This document shows, in pieces, positions 49,100 to 58,470 of a stretch of DNA of 64,000 bases. The notes under the pieces are model-generated. The model saw only the letters and a program-made list of their open reading frames with translations. It did no database searches and was not told where the DNA came from. The stretch lies in contig MCFE01000098.1 in the NCBI GenBank assembly GCA_002104905.1, positions 108,587-172,586 on the forward strand, in the 5' to 3' direction. A program made the translations under genes and the position numbers. Numbering within the stretch: position 1 is the first letter of the stretch; every line of letters begins with the position of its first letter. The DNA is from Basidiobolus meristosporus CBS 931.73 (lineage: Eukaryota; Fungi; Basidiobolomycota).

Positions 49100-50113
49100 A
49101 TGAGATCAATCGCCATCCTATTCACCACTGCCTTGGCTTTAGCCTCCTCCACTTCCGCATATCCAGCTCAGGATTCGGACACAACCACCACCGTCGTCAC
49201 GGTACAGCCCACAGATGCAGCCACTGCAACCCAAAGCTCAACTGAGCCAAATCCAACTCAGTCCAACGGCGATATCCCGGGCCTGGGTGGTTTCGGGGGA
49301 ATGGGCGACAGTATCTCCGACAACTGCCAGAATGCTATCATGGGGATCGTGGTCACCGCAGAGGGTCAGCAATCTTGCCTACCAGTAATGCAGCTCGCAC
49401 CAATCTGGAACCAAACGCTGTATGATTCAACGAACATTGCGCAATATATTTCTCAGGGATTGGATGTGCTATGCCAGGCACCAGAATGTTCCGCTGACAC
49501 TCTGAGTGCAGCATCTCAGCAACTAAAGAGCAACTGCAATTCCAAAGACGAGAACAGTCTCCTGGTGAAGACAGTATCCGGGTTGGTCAACAACTACGGA
49601 GCGGCTAGAAAGCTTGGCTGTGAAAAGTTGCCAAACGATAACAATAGTGATGGGAGCACCGAGGGCAACAACGAGAATGGAGATGACACGAATAACAACT
49701 CCGACGCGAACACCGCATACTGTGTAGCTGACGCCACCCAGTTCTACCTCAACAAGGGCCTGCTCATACTGACCGGGAAGTGGAAAGAAAACCCAGAGCA
49801 ACTGTGTCCCCCCTGCGCCAACACCTGGTACTCAGATATCAAGGAGTTGGAGCCTCAGTATGAGGACCTGAAGGATTGGAAGCTGGCTGAGCAACTGGAA
49901 GAGGTTTGCCCCTATCTCAAGAATAGCACCTCCACCACCACCACCACTGGCTCACCGTCTGCAGAGTCACCAACCCAAGCCACTGAGACAACCGAACCAA
50001 CTCCCGCCGAGAGTCAAACGGGCAACGCCGACTCACCAGCAGCCACACCCACCCCACAGCCCTCAGATGGAGATCAGTCCTCCACTGTGGTTATTGTCAC
50101 CACTACACAGTAA
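49100..50113 (+). CDS. Secreted Cys-rich protein, tandem copy 2 (near-identical)
   Basis: 337 aa; differs from copy 1 at a handful of residues (e.g. QVTV/QDSD, N/D, Q/L, R/M, E/D, S/T). Confidence 0.8.
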   Translation: MRSIAILFTTALALASSTSAYPAQDSDTTTTVVTVQPTDAATATQSSTEPNPTQSNGDIPGLGGFGGMGDSISDNCQNAIMGIVVTAEGQQSCLPVMQLAPIWNQTLYDSTNIAQYISQGLDVLCQAPECSADTLSAASQQLKSNCNSKDENSLLVKTVSGLVNNYGAARKLGCEKLPNDNNSDGSTEGNNENGDDTNNNSDANTAYCVADATQFYLNKGLLILTGKWKENPEQLCPPCANTWYSDIKELEPQYEDLKDWKLAEQLEEVCPYLKNSTSTTTTTGSPSAESPTQATETTEPTPAESQTGNADSPAATPTPQPSDGDQSSTVVIVTTTQ

Positions 50114-50215
50114 ATCTTGTAAGCATGAATGTAGCTTTGTAAATCTATCCCAACACACGAACCACTACGAATAAATAACTCAATTGCTCGTATATATATA
50201 TCCACCCCCTTGTGT

Positions 50216-51532
50216 TTATAAACAGGAGCATTCAATTAAGCGTAAATTCATCGGAATCCAACCATTAGCTACTATCAGACCGAAAATCTTTTCAACACGG
50301 CTTGTAGGGGAGCACTTGTTATATGGTAAATAGGAAATATGATAAAGATACCATCTAAAAAGCAGTTGACCACGGGTTCTCATGTGTGGTGGTCGTTTCG
50401 GTCTGTATACCAAAGAGGCTACCGTCTTGTATGCGGTGGCAAACCTCTTATATTCGGACATCACCCCGTTTGTAGGCTCCATGGCCGAGAGGGCTGGTCT
50501 GAGGAGGTTTTCACTTGGTACCGAGGAATCGAGTGGTTGGTTCTGATCTATGTCTACCAATACTGCCTGGCTTGATAGATCTGCATCTACATACATTATC
50601 ACCGGTTTTTGGGAGTTTGGCTGGACCTCGGCCACTTTGGTTTGACTGCGCTCCGAGCGAGAGAGTCGACGGCCAGAAGAGGAGGCATGGAATATATCTT
50701 TTACCAAGTTGGAATCCGCGCGTTTGCGCCCACTGCTGCTGATTTCGATCATGCTCTTATCCACCGAGGTCCGTTTTGTGAACGCTTCTGGTGTGGTCTC
50801 TTCAGGGATGGTGCCGTTGGTAGAGGTGGGGCTACCACTACTCGGTGAGGTCTGCTCGTTCGATCTCGCTGTGGCCATTCTTTCCAGCGGATAGAAGATA
50901 TCCGATGGAGGAGTTGGATTGGTCAGTTCTTTCAGGGTGGCCTCCTGCGCAGCATGTCTTTCAAGCCCCATTTCTTCGAGTAATGAGCCTACAGAGAAAG
51001 TATCGGAATCATCGCTCTCAGCGGTCTTCCGAGTGATTTCCTGCTCCTCGTCGATGAATGGAAGGCCACAGTACGTAGGGATGGCAGCTGAGGTGCAGAA
51101 CCAAGGGATCTCCAGTTGACAATGTTGTCGATAGGATGCCTCGTCAATCTTGGAAATGGGAGTGGGCTGAGGCCTCAGAAGTCGCAAGTATTCAATGAGG
51201 TCGTGGCGGAGCTGCTGGCATATGCTGGCGTACTCGATGGTGTTGACTTCTCTTTCCTGAAAAGCCCTGTTGACTCCGTTTTTTGGCTGATCCATCGGGG
51301 TTACTAATCGATAGTTGTCCAGAAGTTTCTCCAACACGCTCTGGCAGCTCCTTGGATAGTCAGCAGAGGCCGAGTCCCTGGAGAGAGTGCTCAACTGGTC
51401 CAAAGACAGCTTCTCCACTCTCAATTTCCCTTCCAAGCCAATCCAACGACTGTGCCCGCTGTGGATCGCAGCCTCGAAATGCTTTTCTAAGGAATCGCTG
51501 TACTTCCTCTCGAAGCCCACTAATTTTGGCAT
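50216..51532 (-). CDS. Hypothetical protein (438-aa ORF)
   Basis: Long open frame with helical N-terminus and S/T/E-rich middle; no recognised domain. Ends uncertain. Confidence 0.5.
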   Translation of the reverse strand: MPKLVGFERKYSDSLEKHFEAAIHSGHSRWIGLEGKLRVEKLSLDQLSTLSRDSASADYPRSCQSVLEKLLDNYRLVTPMDQPKNGVNRAFQEREVNTIEYASICQQLRHDLIEYLRLLRPQPTPISKIDEASYRQHCQLEIPWFCTSAAIPTYCGLPFIDEEQEITRKTAESDDSDTFSVGSLLEEMGLERHAAQEATLKELTNPTPPSDIFYPLERMATARSNEQTSPSSGSPTSTNGTIPEETTPEAFTKRTSVDKSMIEISSSGRKRADSNLVKDIFHASSSGRRLSRSERSQTKVAEVQPNSQKPVIMYVDADLSSQAVLVDIDQNQPLDSSVPSENLLRPALSAMEPTNGVMSEYKRFATAYKTVASLVYRPKRPPHMRTRGQLLFRWYLYHISYLPYNKCSPTSRVEKIFGLIVANGWIPMNLRLIECSCL

Positions 51533-51849
51533 GGTTTCCAGAGAATTTGATCTAGTGCAAGGCTCCCTTGTGTAATGATCATCGAAATATATATGGTTTC
51601 TGCAGTCGGGGAATTGAATCAGTTGTTACGAATCAGGATGGCCTTTACAAACGGTGTGAGGCAAGGTTAGAGATCTCTGTCATGACTTGCTGGCCAAATC
51701 CGTTTCAACCAAAATCCGTTTCTAAACCTCGTTTTAATAACAACTATCGTCCTTAAAATTTCTGCCAAACAGCCTAATCTACATAATGTATGCATGTGAT
51801 TTAGCCAGCTCCACACAATACATGCGATGGTGCGGTTCTTTATTTGATG

Positions 51850-52602
51850 TTACATGCTCGCTTTATCGTTGAACAAGCAGTATATAAACTTTTGCTTAGC
51901 TCCGCTCGGTGTTGTGTGCGTTTCATTTCTACTCTCGATAAGCTCTAAATAGCGCTTTTCGTTCCCTGTTGAAGTAGAATACCCAGTGTTGAGCTCTTGT
52001 TTCAGCTTGTCTGCATCGTATCTTTCAACGTTCAAGCCACTACATTTTAGCGGCCCGTCAGGCAAGGCAAACGTGCCAATGAGGAGCCAGCCACCAGGCC
52101 GCAGGGTTTGATACAGCATTTGGGAGTAGCTGAGGCGATCTTTCTTCTCGGTCAAAAAGTGATAAACAGCCCGGTCATGAACAAGATCATACTGGCCATA
52201 CTCCCCGTTCTGATTAAATTCACGAACATCGGCAACTACCCAGTCCAATGCTGGAGATTCCGCGGAAAAAACCTGCTCTTCAAGGCCCTTCTTTGCAATT
52301 GCGAGAGCATTTTCACTTACGTCAACAACAGTAATACGCTCAGCTACAGTCTGGTGACGAACCAATTCCGCAGCGAACGGGGAAGCGCCACCTCCAAGGT
52401 CAACAACCCGTTTTAAAGGAGCGCTTGCCTTTGCGATACCAATCAGCTCCTGTGCGACGGCTGGAATTCGGTTTGTGGTCCAAGAGAGTGAGTCTACAGG
52501 TTTTTTGGCATAGACATCCTGCCAATGCTTGTGGGTTAAGGTTGACATAACACGCTGTGAAAATATGGAGTATTTGAAGAGACTCGAAGGACGCAAGATC
52601 AT
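51850..52602 (-). CDS. Class I SAM-dependent methyltransferase, bacterial-like, intronless
   Basis: HWQDVY...SW, VVDLGGG (motif I), VVDVS, VADV, YDLVHDRAVYHFL, LRPGG..IGTF...GPLKCSGL.V.RY and HTTPSG..QKF.YC. Confidence 0.85.
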   Translation of the reverse strand: MILRPSSLFKYSIFSQRVMSTLTHKHWQDVYAKKPVDSLSWTTNRIPAVAQELIGIAKASAPLKRVVDLGGGASPFAAELVRHQTVAERITVVDVSENALAIAKKGLEEQVFSAESPALDWVVADVREFNQNGEYGQYDLVHDRAVYHFLTEKKDRLSYSQMLYQTLRPGGWLLIGTFALPDGPLKCSGLNVERYDADKLKQELNTGYSTSTGNEKRYLELIESRNETHTTPSGAKQKFIYCLFNDKASM

Positions 52603-54083
52603 TAGGAGTATTTACTAATACGTAGCTCGGAAGATATCGATACCATTTTGCCCAAAATACTGTTGGATATTCCCGTGATTATGCCATCACGTGCTTGATG
52701 GCAAAAGTGTCTGAATTGAGTAGTGGCAGAGGAAATTCCTTTCTTACATCTGGAATTGGCACTTTCAAATGATTCACAGTTATTATGAGACGATTCGCAA
52801 CAACGACTTGTGTGGCTTCTCAAAGCACTGATGCAGGCTAATGTAGATCATGTAGGTCACCATACCCCATCCGTTCATGTGATTAGCATTCGATCAAATG
52901 AACCAGTTCTATGCTTTAGTGTACTGAAATCGTTTGCCTTTCTACCTTCGCCGGATTGCCTGAATTGCATAATGAATTATTAATCAAAGGTTCTTCGGCA
53001 GATGGCGGGCTGGGTAGTTATCATTCTGCCCATCTCTGTGGGATTTCAAGTTTTTTGAGGTATATCGTTGCATTACTGTTCTCAGAAGCAACATGGTTTT
53101 ACCATCCCAAACTATGTGGTAATACCGATGAGAGACGGCTAATCCATAGACGCGGGATGTTTGAGCCTTAGCCACGTGTTATCCGCAACCCAAGAATAGA
53201 TTTCCCACTCCTAAATGGATTTTTGTCCATGCGGTTTGATGTTTCTTCACACCAATGTTTGGTAGCACAGATCCGTAGCACCACAAGCTTTGCCAGATAT
53301 TTCAATATGTGTCTGCTTATAACGGCTCCGTAGTGTGGTTGCTGAGTTCTTTTTGGATGGAAAAAACGAAAAGCGGAGTCACATTGTAGATAGGATCGAA
53401 TCTACAGACACCTTGGTCATACGTATCATGATGCCTCTGATCTTTCCCATTTTAGGAGATGTAATATAGGTCTGCCACCACGTTTAATAAACCTCTTTGG
53501 CCAGTTACTAAAGATTAAAGCTTGAATGACACTCGTTGAAACGCATCTGCCGCCTCAAAGGAGTTCCCAAACAATATAAAATGTCTGAGTTCAAGTAGAA
53601 TATCTTAAAAATAGATAACTCAGTAATTTTACCCGTTTCTGCCCACACTTAACAAGTCTGTAGGGCAAAGAACCAATTAATTCAACATCCCAGAACAAGC
53701 CAGAGAAAGATTCGTCATTGTTGAGGTGGCACATGCTACTATGGCGGTAATCTTTATCTCCATGTATGGATTTACAATTAGTAATGCGGGCAGCTCAGTT
53801 TGGCGACTGTTTAAACTGACAAGGCTACTGTTAATAATATCTAACAGTACTTGCTGAAGAGCAGGGAGGGAGAAGACAGCCACGTGAAGTAATCGATCTT
53901 CATTAGGCTGAATGGAGTCCATTTCCAATGTTTTTCTAAAAATACACTCCACCGTGCATGGGCAAACTAGATCAGTGTGTCAGATGATCGATCCTATGGT
54001 GTGGGCTCAAGTAAGTCTCTTTCCCATGTCTATAAAAGTCAAGTAAACCGTCCCTAAACAACCCATCAATCTGGTTAATTAGC

Positions 54084-55379
54084 ATGAAAGTTCTTTTCTC
54101 TCTTACCTTGTCTACAATCATCGTGTCTTCACTCTTGTGCCCTGGAGTGAATGGTGAAGGCGACTACCCTCCCGAGAGGTCATTTCCTAATACTCTCAGC
54201 CCGGAGACCAGCCAGAACTCCATGAGGGATAAAAATAGCCTCATCAACCACCATAAGGTCAGACCTATTGGAAGGTCTCCACACAGAAGTGTTTTTCCCA
54301 GCGAAGGTTTTCGGCGTACATACAACAAAAGGAATCCCGCGAGCTCACCACATGTCATTTCTTTAATCAACCAAAAGCCTACATTTACATCGGAGGCAGG
54401 GAGCATCACCTCGCTAACAGCCGACAATTTCCCGATACTCAAGAGACTCTCTATACGTCGCTTGACTCTTAAGCATCGCGGTGTGCGTGAGCCACACTGG
54501 CATGCGAATGGGAGCGAGCTCGCATATTGCTTACGAGGTGAAGTCATAGTCACCATGTTCGAGAACAACAGCGTTTTCAGTACATTCACTGTGACTGCTG
54601 GGCAAATGTTCTATATACCATCGGGAGCCTTGCACCATATAGAAAATACAGGGGAAGAGGAGGCGGAAATTATCCTCGCCTTCACCCACGAGAGACCCGA
54701 AGACTTTGGTATATCTGGAGCTTTCGGAGCTATGTCAGACGCTGTCCTGGGAAATACCTATAATCTGCCAGCTAAGGCTTTCAAGCCGCTTATCCGGACC
54801 ACCAAGGACACACACATGGGTCTGTTGCAGAAGCCAAAACAGGTCACAACTGAAGAAAAATGGGTCAATCCACACAAATTTGATGTGGAAGCCATGTCAG
54901 CACCTATCTCATCTCTCGCAGGATCAGCCAAAACAGCACGAAAGCAATTCTGGCCCATCTTGGATGAGATCTCAATGTATTCACTGAGGGTCACCGACAA
55001 GGGTATGCGTGAGCCTCATTGGCATCCAATTACCGCAGAGATGGGCTACGTAGCAAAAGGGAATGCGCGCATGACCATTATGAACCCAGGTGGTGGCTTA
55101 GATACCTATCTGCTTAAACCTGGGGATGTCTACTTTATCCCTCGTGCCTATCCACACCACATCGAAAACATCGGTTCGGGTGATATTCATTTCCTCATCT
55201 TTTTCGACCAAAATACTCCCGGTGACATTGGATACAAGGCATCCATTAGCGGCTATTCTAGAGAGACGTTGGCTGCTGCCTTCGGCACCAATGTGGAAAA
55301 GCTACCCCAATTCCCGTTCACCGCTAAAGACCCATTGCTTGTTGATCGAATCAATCCGGTGGACCCGATTGTCCAGTGA
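54084..55379 (+). CDS. Secreted bicupin of the oxalate decarboxylase family, bacterial-like core, intronless
   Basis: Two complete Mn sites: REPHWHANGSE...ALHHIEN and REPHWHPITAE...YPHHIEN. Signal peptide and pro-region ending in KR. Confidence 0.85.
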   Translation: MKVLFSLTLSTIIVSSLLCPGVNGEGDYPPERSFPNTLSPETSQNSMRDKNSLINHHKVRPIGRSPHRSVFPSEGFRRTYNKRNPASSPHVISLINQKPTFTSEAGSITSLTADNFPILKRLSIRRLTLKHRGVREPHWHANGSELAYCLRGEVIVTMFENNSVFSTFTVTAGQMFYIPSGALHHIENTGEEEAEIILAFTHERPEDFGISGAFGAMSDAVLGNTYNLPAKAFKPLIRTTKDTHMGLLQKPKQVTTEEKWVNPHKFDVEAMSAPISSLAGSAKTARKQFWPILDEISMYSLRVTDKGMREPHWHPITAEMGYVAKGNARMTIMNPGGGLDTYLLKPGDVYFIPRAYPHHIENIGSGDIHFLIFFDQNTPGDIGYKASISGYSRETLAAAFGTNVEKLPQFPFTAKDPLLVDRINPVDPIVQ

Positions 55380-56290
55380 TCGAGAGCGCCTTGTAGCGGC
55401 CACTTACCAATCTATACATGATTATGTTGATTGTGCCAAATACCCAAGAAATTCCCTTTTGATTATTTTGTTTTAGCCCGAAATATCGATGGTAGTAAAT
55501 TACCCGTATGACTTAAAATGAATAAATCAGCAGTTGCTTTCAGTGAACTCCACGTGTGGTGACCAACATTCGTGAATTCTTACTTATTGCGGGCCTGGGT
55601 TACCATTGGAGAGTTCAGCATTTCCAGTATTTTACGAGGCTTTTAGCAAGTTTGTAATGGCCACAGAGTCAACGGTATTTCGATCCAATTGAAGTAACAC
55701 TCCAATCGATTGGGATAAACGTAACTGATTGCCGATCTTGCCTTAATTTAGGAATTCAGCAGTTAGTTCCATCCGTATTCAGCATATTAATCTAAATATA
55801 TATAATGATTTTTTTAACTAGATTCCAAAATGACCGTCACCATTCCGTATTGTAATTCGGGCAAGTTGAAGCTGATTTACCTAATACTGTAGGGCTGAAA
55901 TTATGCAGTTCAGTACAGGCCATTATACCATTGCTTCCCTCCATTGCTTCCCTCCCTTGCTACATCGTTTATTAGGATCGGGGGTTGGCCGTTTAAGATG
56001 CCAAATCGCCATTTTCTTTAGATTTCTTGGCTTGAGCGTATTCCAGTCAATAGGGAAGGTGACTTCATTTTTCTATTACCTGAGAAGTGCTCATATAAAG
56101 ACTAGTATTCTCCGCACTAACTTATATTATATTCTTACAGGCGAAGAGTCAATAAACACTTGTATGCATTAGATATGAATGAGGTGGATTCAATCCTTTT
56201 GTCAAATAGTAAAATCCACTCAACACTCCGAGTTACCATTACAAGTCAGTTGTCCTTACTATATTATAAAACTTCTTCCTTACTGCCTCA

Positions 56291-57050
56291 CTACTTCGTC
56301 CACCCACATGCTTCTAGCCAGAACTTGTCTCCATCACACAACTGGCTCCTAAGATATGCAAGTGTCATCCTCTGTACCACCGCCAAGCGATCGGGGCTCT
56401 CATCCAGAGTTTCGCCAGCATCCCATCCACTGATGCCACCAAATACATGTTTACCGCCCTTCACCATGAGCGAATCTTTGGGCCCTGGAGAAAATGTGTG
56501 CGGATCCCTACGCCGGCCAGCGTCGCGTATGGTTAAATGGGAACTTGTATCCTCCCCCCAGCCGATAAGTGCCGGGGTTCGCATTTCGCAGAAGTCGGGC
56601 CCGTAAAGAGCCACGAGTTTTTTCTCGGCTTCAGAAAGGTCTGAGCCACCGCCTCCAGTGGCACCAACTAAAACTCTAATTCTTATACGCTTGTCCACAA
56701 TTTGTGTTGTAGTACCATCACGAGGGTCAGTATTCTTCATGCCTAGCAGCACACTAGCAGTCATCGCACCCAGTGAGTGTCCTGCATCAGATATCCGGAT
56801 CCTGTCCAATCGTCCCTTGAGTAGAGGAACGGCATCCTAAATGGTGTCGAAATGGTTAATAATTCAAACCAAATCCTGTGCGCGCGAATCCAAAAACATA
56901 TCCCCACAATTCAAGGAATCAAGACCAAGACCAATCCCAAGGGATTTAGACCTCAGATGTGTAGTCTGTATGATCATGAAGCCGTACCCAGCCCAAAACT
57001 CATGCAGTGAGCCATAACCCTCAAGTGAGGATAGGTAGTCACTATGGCCG
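56291..57050 (-). pseudogene. 5'-truncated, degenerate alpha/beta hydrolase (dienelactone-hydrolase/chlorophyllase-like family)
   Basis: Remnant YGHSDYLSSLEGYG..FWAGYGFMIIQTTHL, then in-frame stops, GHSLGAMTA nucleophile elbow and GGKHVFGGISGWDAGETLDESPDRLAVVQRMTLAYLRSQL. The N-terminus is missing at the 57050 junction. Confidence 0.8.
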
Positions 57051-57467
57051 TAGGGGGGATGATTATCATCAAAGGGTGAAATCTTTATTTAAATCATAAC
57101 TAAAGAAGCCAAGATGGAATATAGACATCTGGAATACAGAAAGCCTACAAGACAAACTTGGACTTAGCTGATTCCCAAATATCATCAATATAAAAGTCTA
57201 GTGGAGTATGTAGCAAGACTGCTTGTTCACTGTAGTATTTCTTGAGGAAGTTTGTGACATGGAGGGAAGGAGAGTTTCTCAATAAGCTGGTAAATCTTTT
57301 GAGGAGTTCTTTTTCCAGAGAGAAGGGCAAAAAGGGTGTAATGTCCAAATGATGTCTGAATATGTGTTCTGAGAGCTCCTAATCCTGTTGTAAAAACTTG
57401 TAATTCCACCTAAATATTCTCATAACTTAGTCACTTAGATCAATACCTACAAATCTTATAGAATACT
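57051..57467 (-). mobile_element. 5'-truncated remnant 1 of the telomere-associated single-ORF element
   Basis: FSLEKELLKRFTSLLRNSPSLHVTNFLKKYY..QAVLLHTP aligns with the C-terminus of ORF 62493-63221; same 3' terminal signature; TAGGGGGG at the junction. Confidence 0.8.
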
Positions 57468-58470
57468 GGGTTGGGGGGAGACAGTCACCAACAGGTGAGA
57501 TCTTTATTTCAGCTGAAACAAAGAAGCCAGCACTACTGTTGTAGCTTTGATTTAAGAGTGTGTAGCTGAGGGGAACCTATAAGTAAGTTAATAAGGAGAT
57601 ATGATAGTTCTTGTTGTATCCAAGAGAAAGTGTAATAAAACTCTTGAATAGTTTAACTGAACCAAAGGGACAATTAAGTGCAGAATCTTAGAATTGTCAG
57701 AGAGTGGCGGAAATATTAGCAGAAAGATTCTGATCTAATATTGGTCTTGGATATAGCTGGATTGGCTATAAATGATATTTGTTTGCTAGGCAGGCTAGGC
57801 TTGGTGTTCTTTGGAGTGCTAGATATACTAGGCTGGGATAGAAACTAGAACGGAATTGTTGGATTCTTTATTTTTGCTGAGACAGAATCTTAATTTCGTT
57901 GAGACACACACTAAACCAAAGGTTCAGTAAACTTTATTTATACTTTTCTGATCAAGTTGAATTAGTAAGCGCCAAGGGACTGGATTGATTGAAATCAATT
58001 TGGGTGTTCATAGGTGCATAAGATAAATGAAAATTACATCATCAATCAACTGATGTCTTGGCAACTGCACCGTGGTTGGATAGATCTCAGATGACTAATC
58101 ACCTGGGAAGGCTTGGCAGATATGTTGATAACGTAATGACCATTTGAAAATAGATCAGGTGTGATAGCTAAAAATAGATTCTGAGGTGGGATAAAATAAA
58201 CTGTAACTGAGATTTGTTATGTTTGGGTTAGGGAAAATCAGTTAGGGTACTAGATTTTCAAACGGAGTAAAATTGGCTAAGTTTTAAATGTTGATGCACA
58301 ACAGTTCTTCAGTGCTCAAGACACTGTTCAGTGGGAATGGGGGGAGTAGCAAGAAGGGTAAGAATGATTTGTGAACAACATTGATAAGGAGAATATGATA
58401 AGAATTGATATTCATCATAAAGGGAGTGTGCAGTTTCAGATATTGCTGCCAAAGGTATGTCAAGTACTTC
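57468..58470 (-). mobile_element. Remnant 2 of the same element family, interrupted by a solo LTR and truncated by a Gypsy LTR
   Basis: 3' signature GGGTTGGGGGG..TCACC-AACA-GGTGA-GATCTTTATTT..AAAGAAGCC on the plus strand; weak EVLD match to LEVVLD at 58470. Confidence 0.6.
57612..58303 (-). mobile_element. Solo LTR (692 bp) of a Ty3/Gypsy element with 5-bp target-site duplication
   Basis: TGTTG...CAACA termini, GTTCT at 57607-57611 and 58304-58308; near-identical to LTR 60857-61554. Confidence 0.9.

Noticed and set aside
52600-52823. 73-aa ORF overlapping the methyltransferase start by TAATG, resembling bacterial translational coupling
   Set aside because: The ORF has no recognisable features and such an overlap can arise by chance.
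53677-53952. 91-aa ORF in the AT-rich spacer
   Set aside because: No motif or partner exon recognised.
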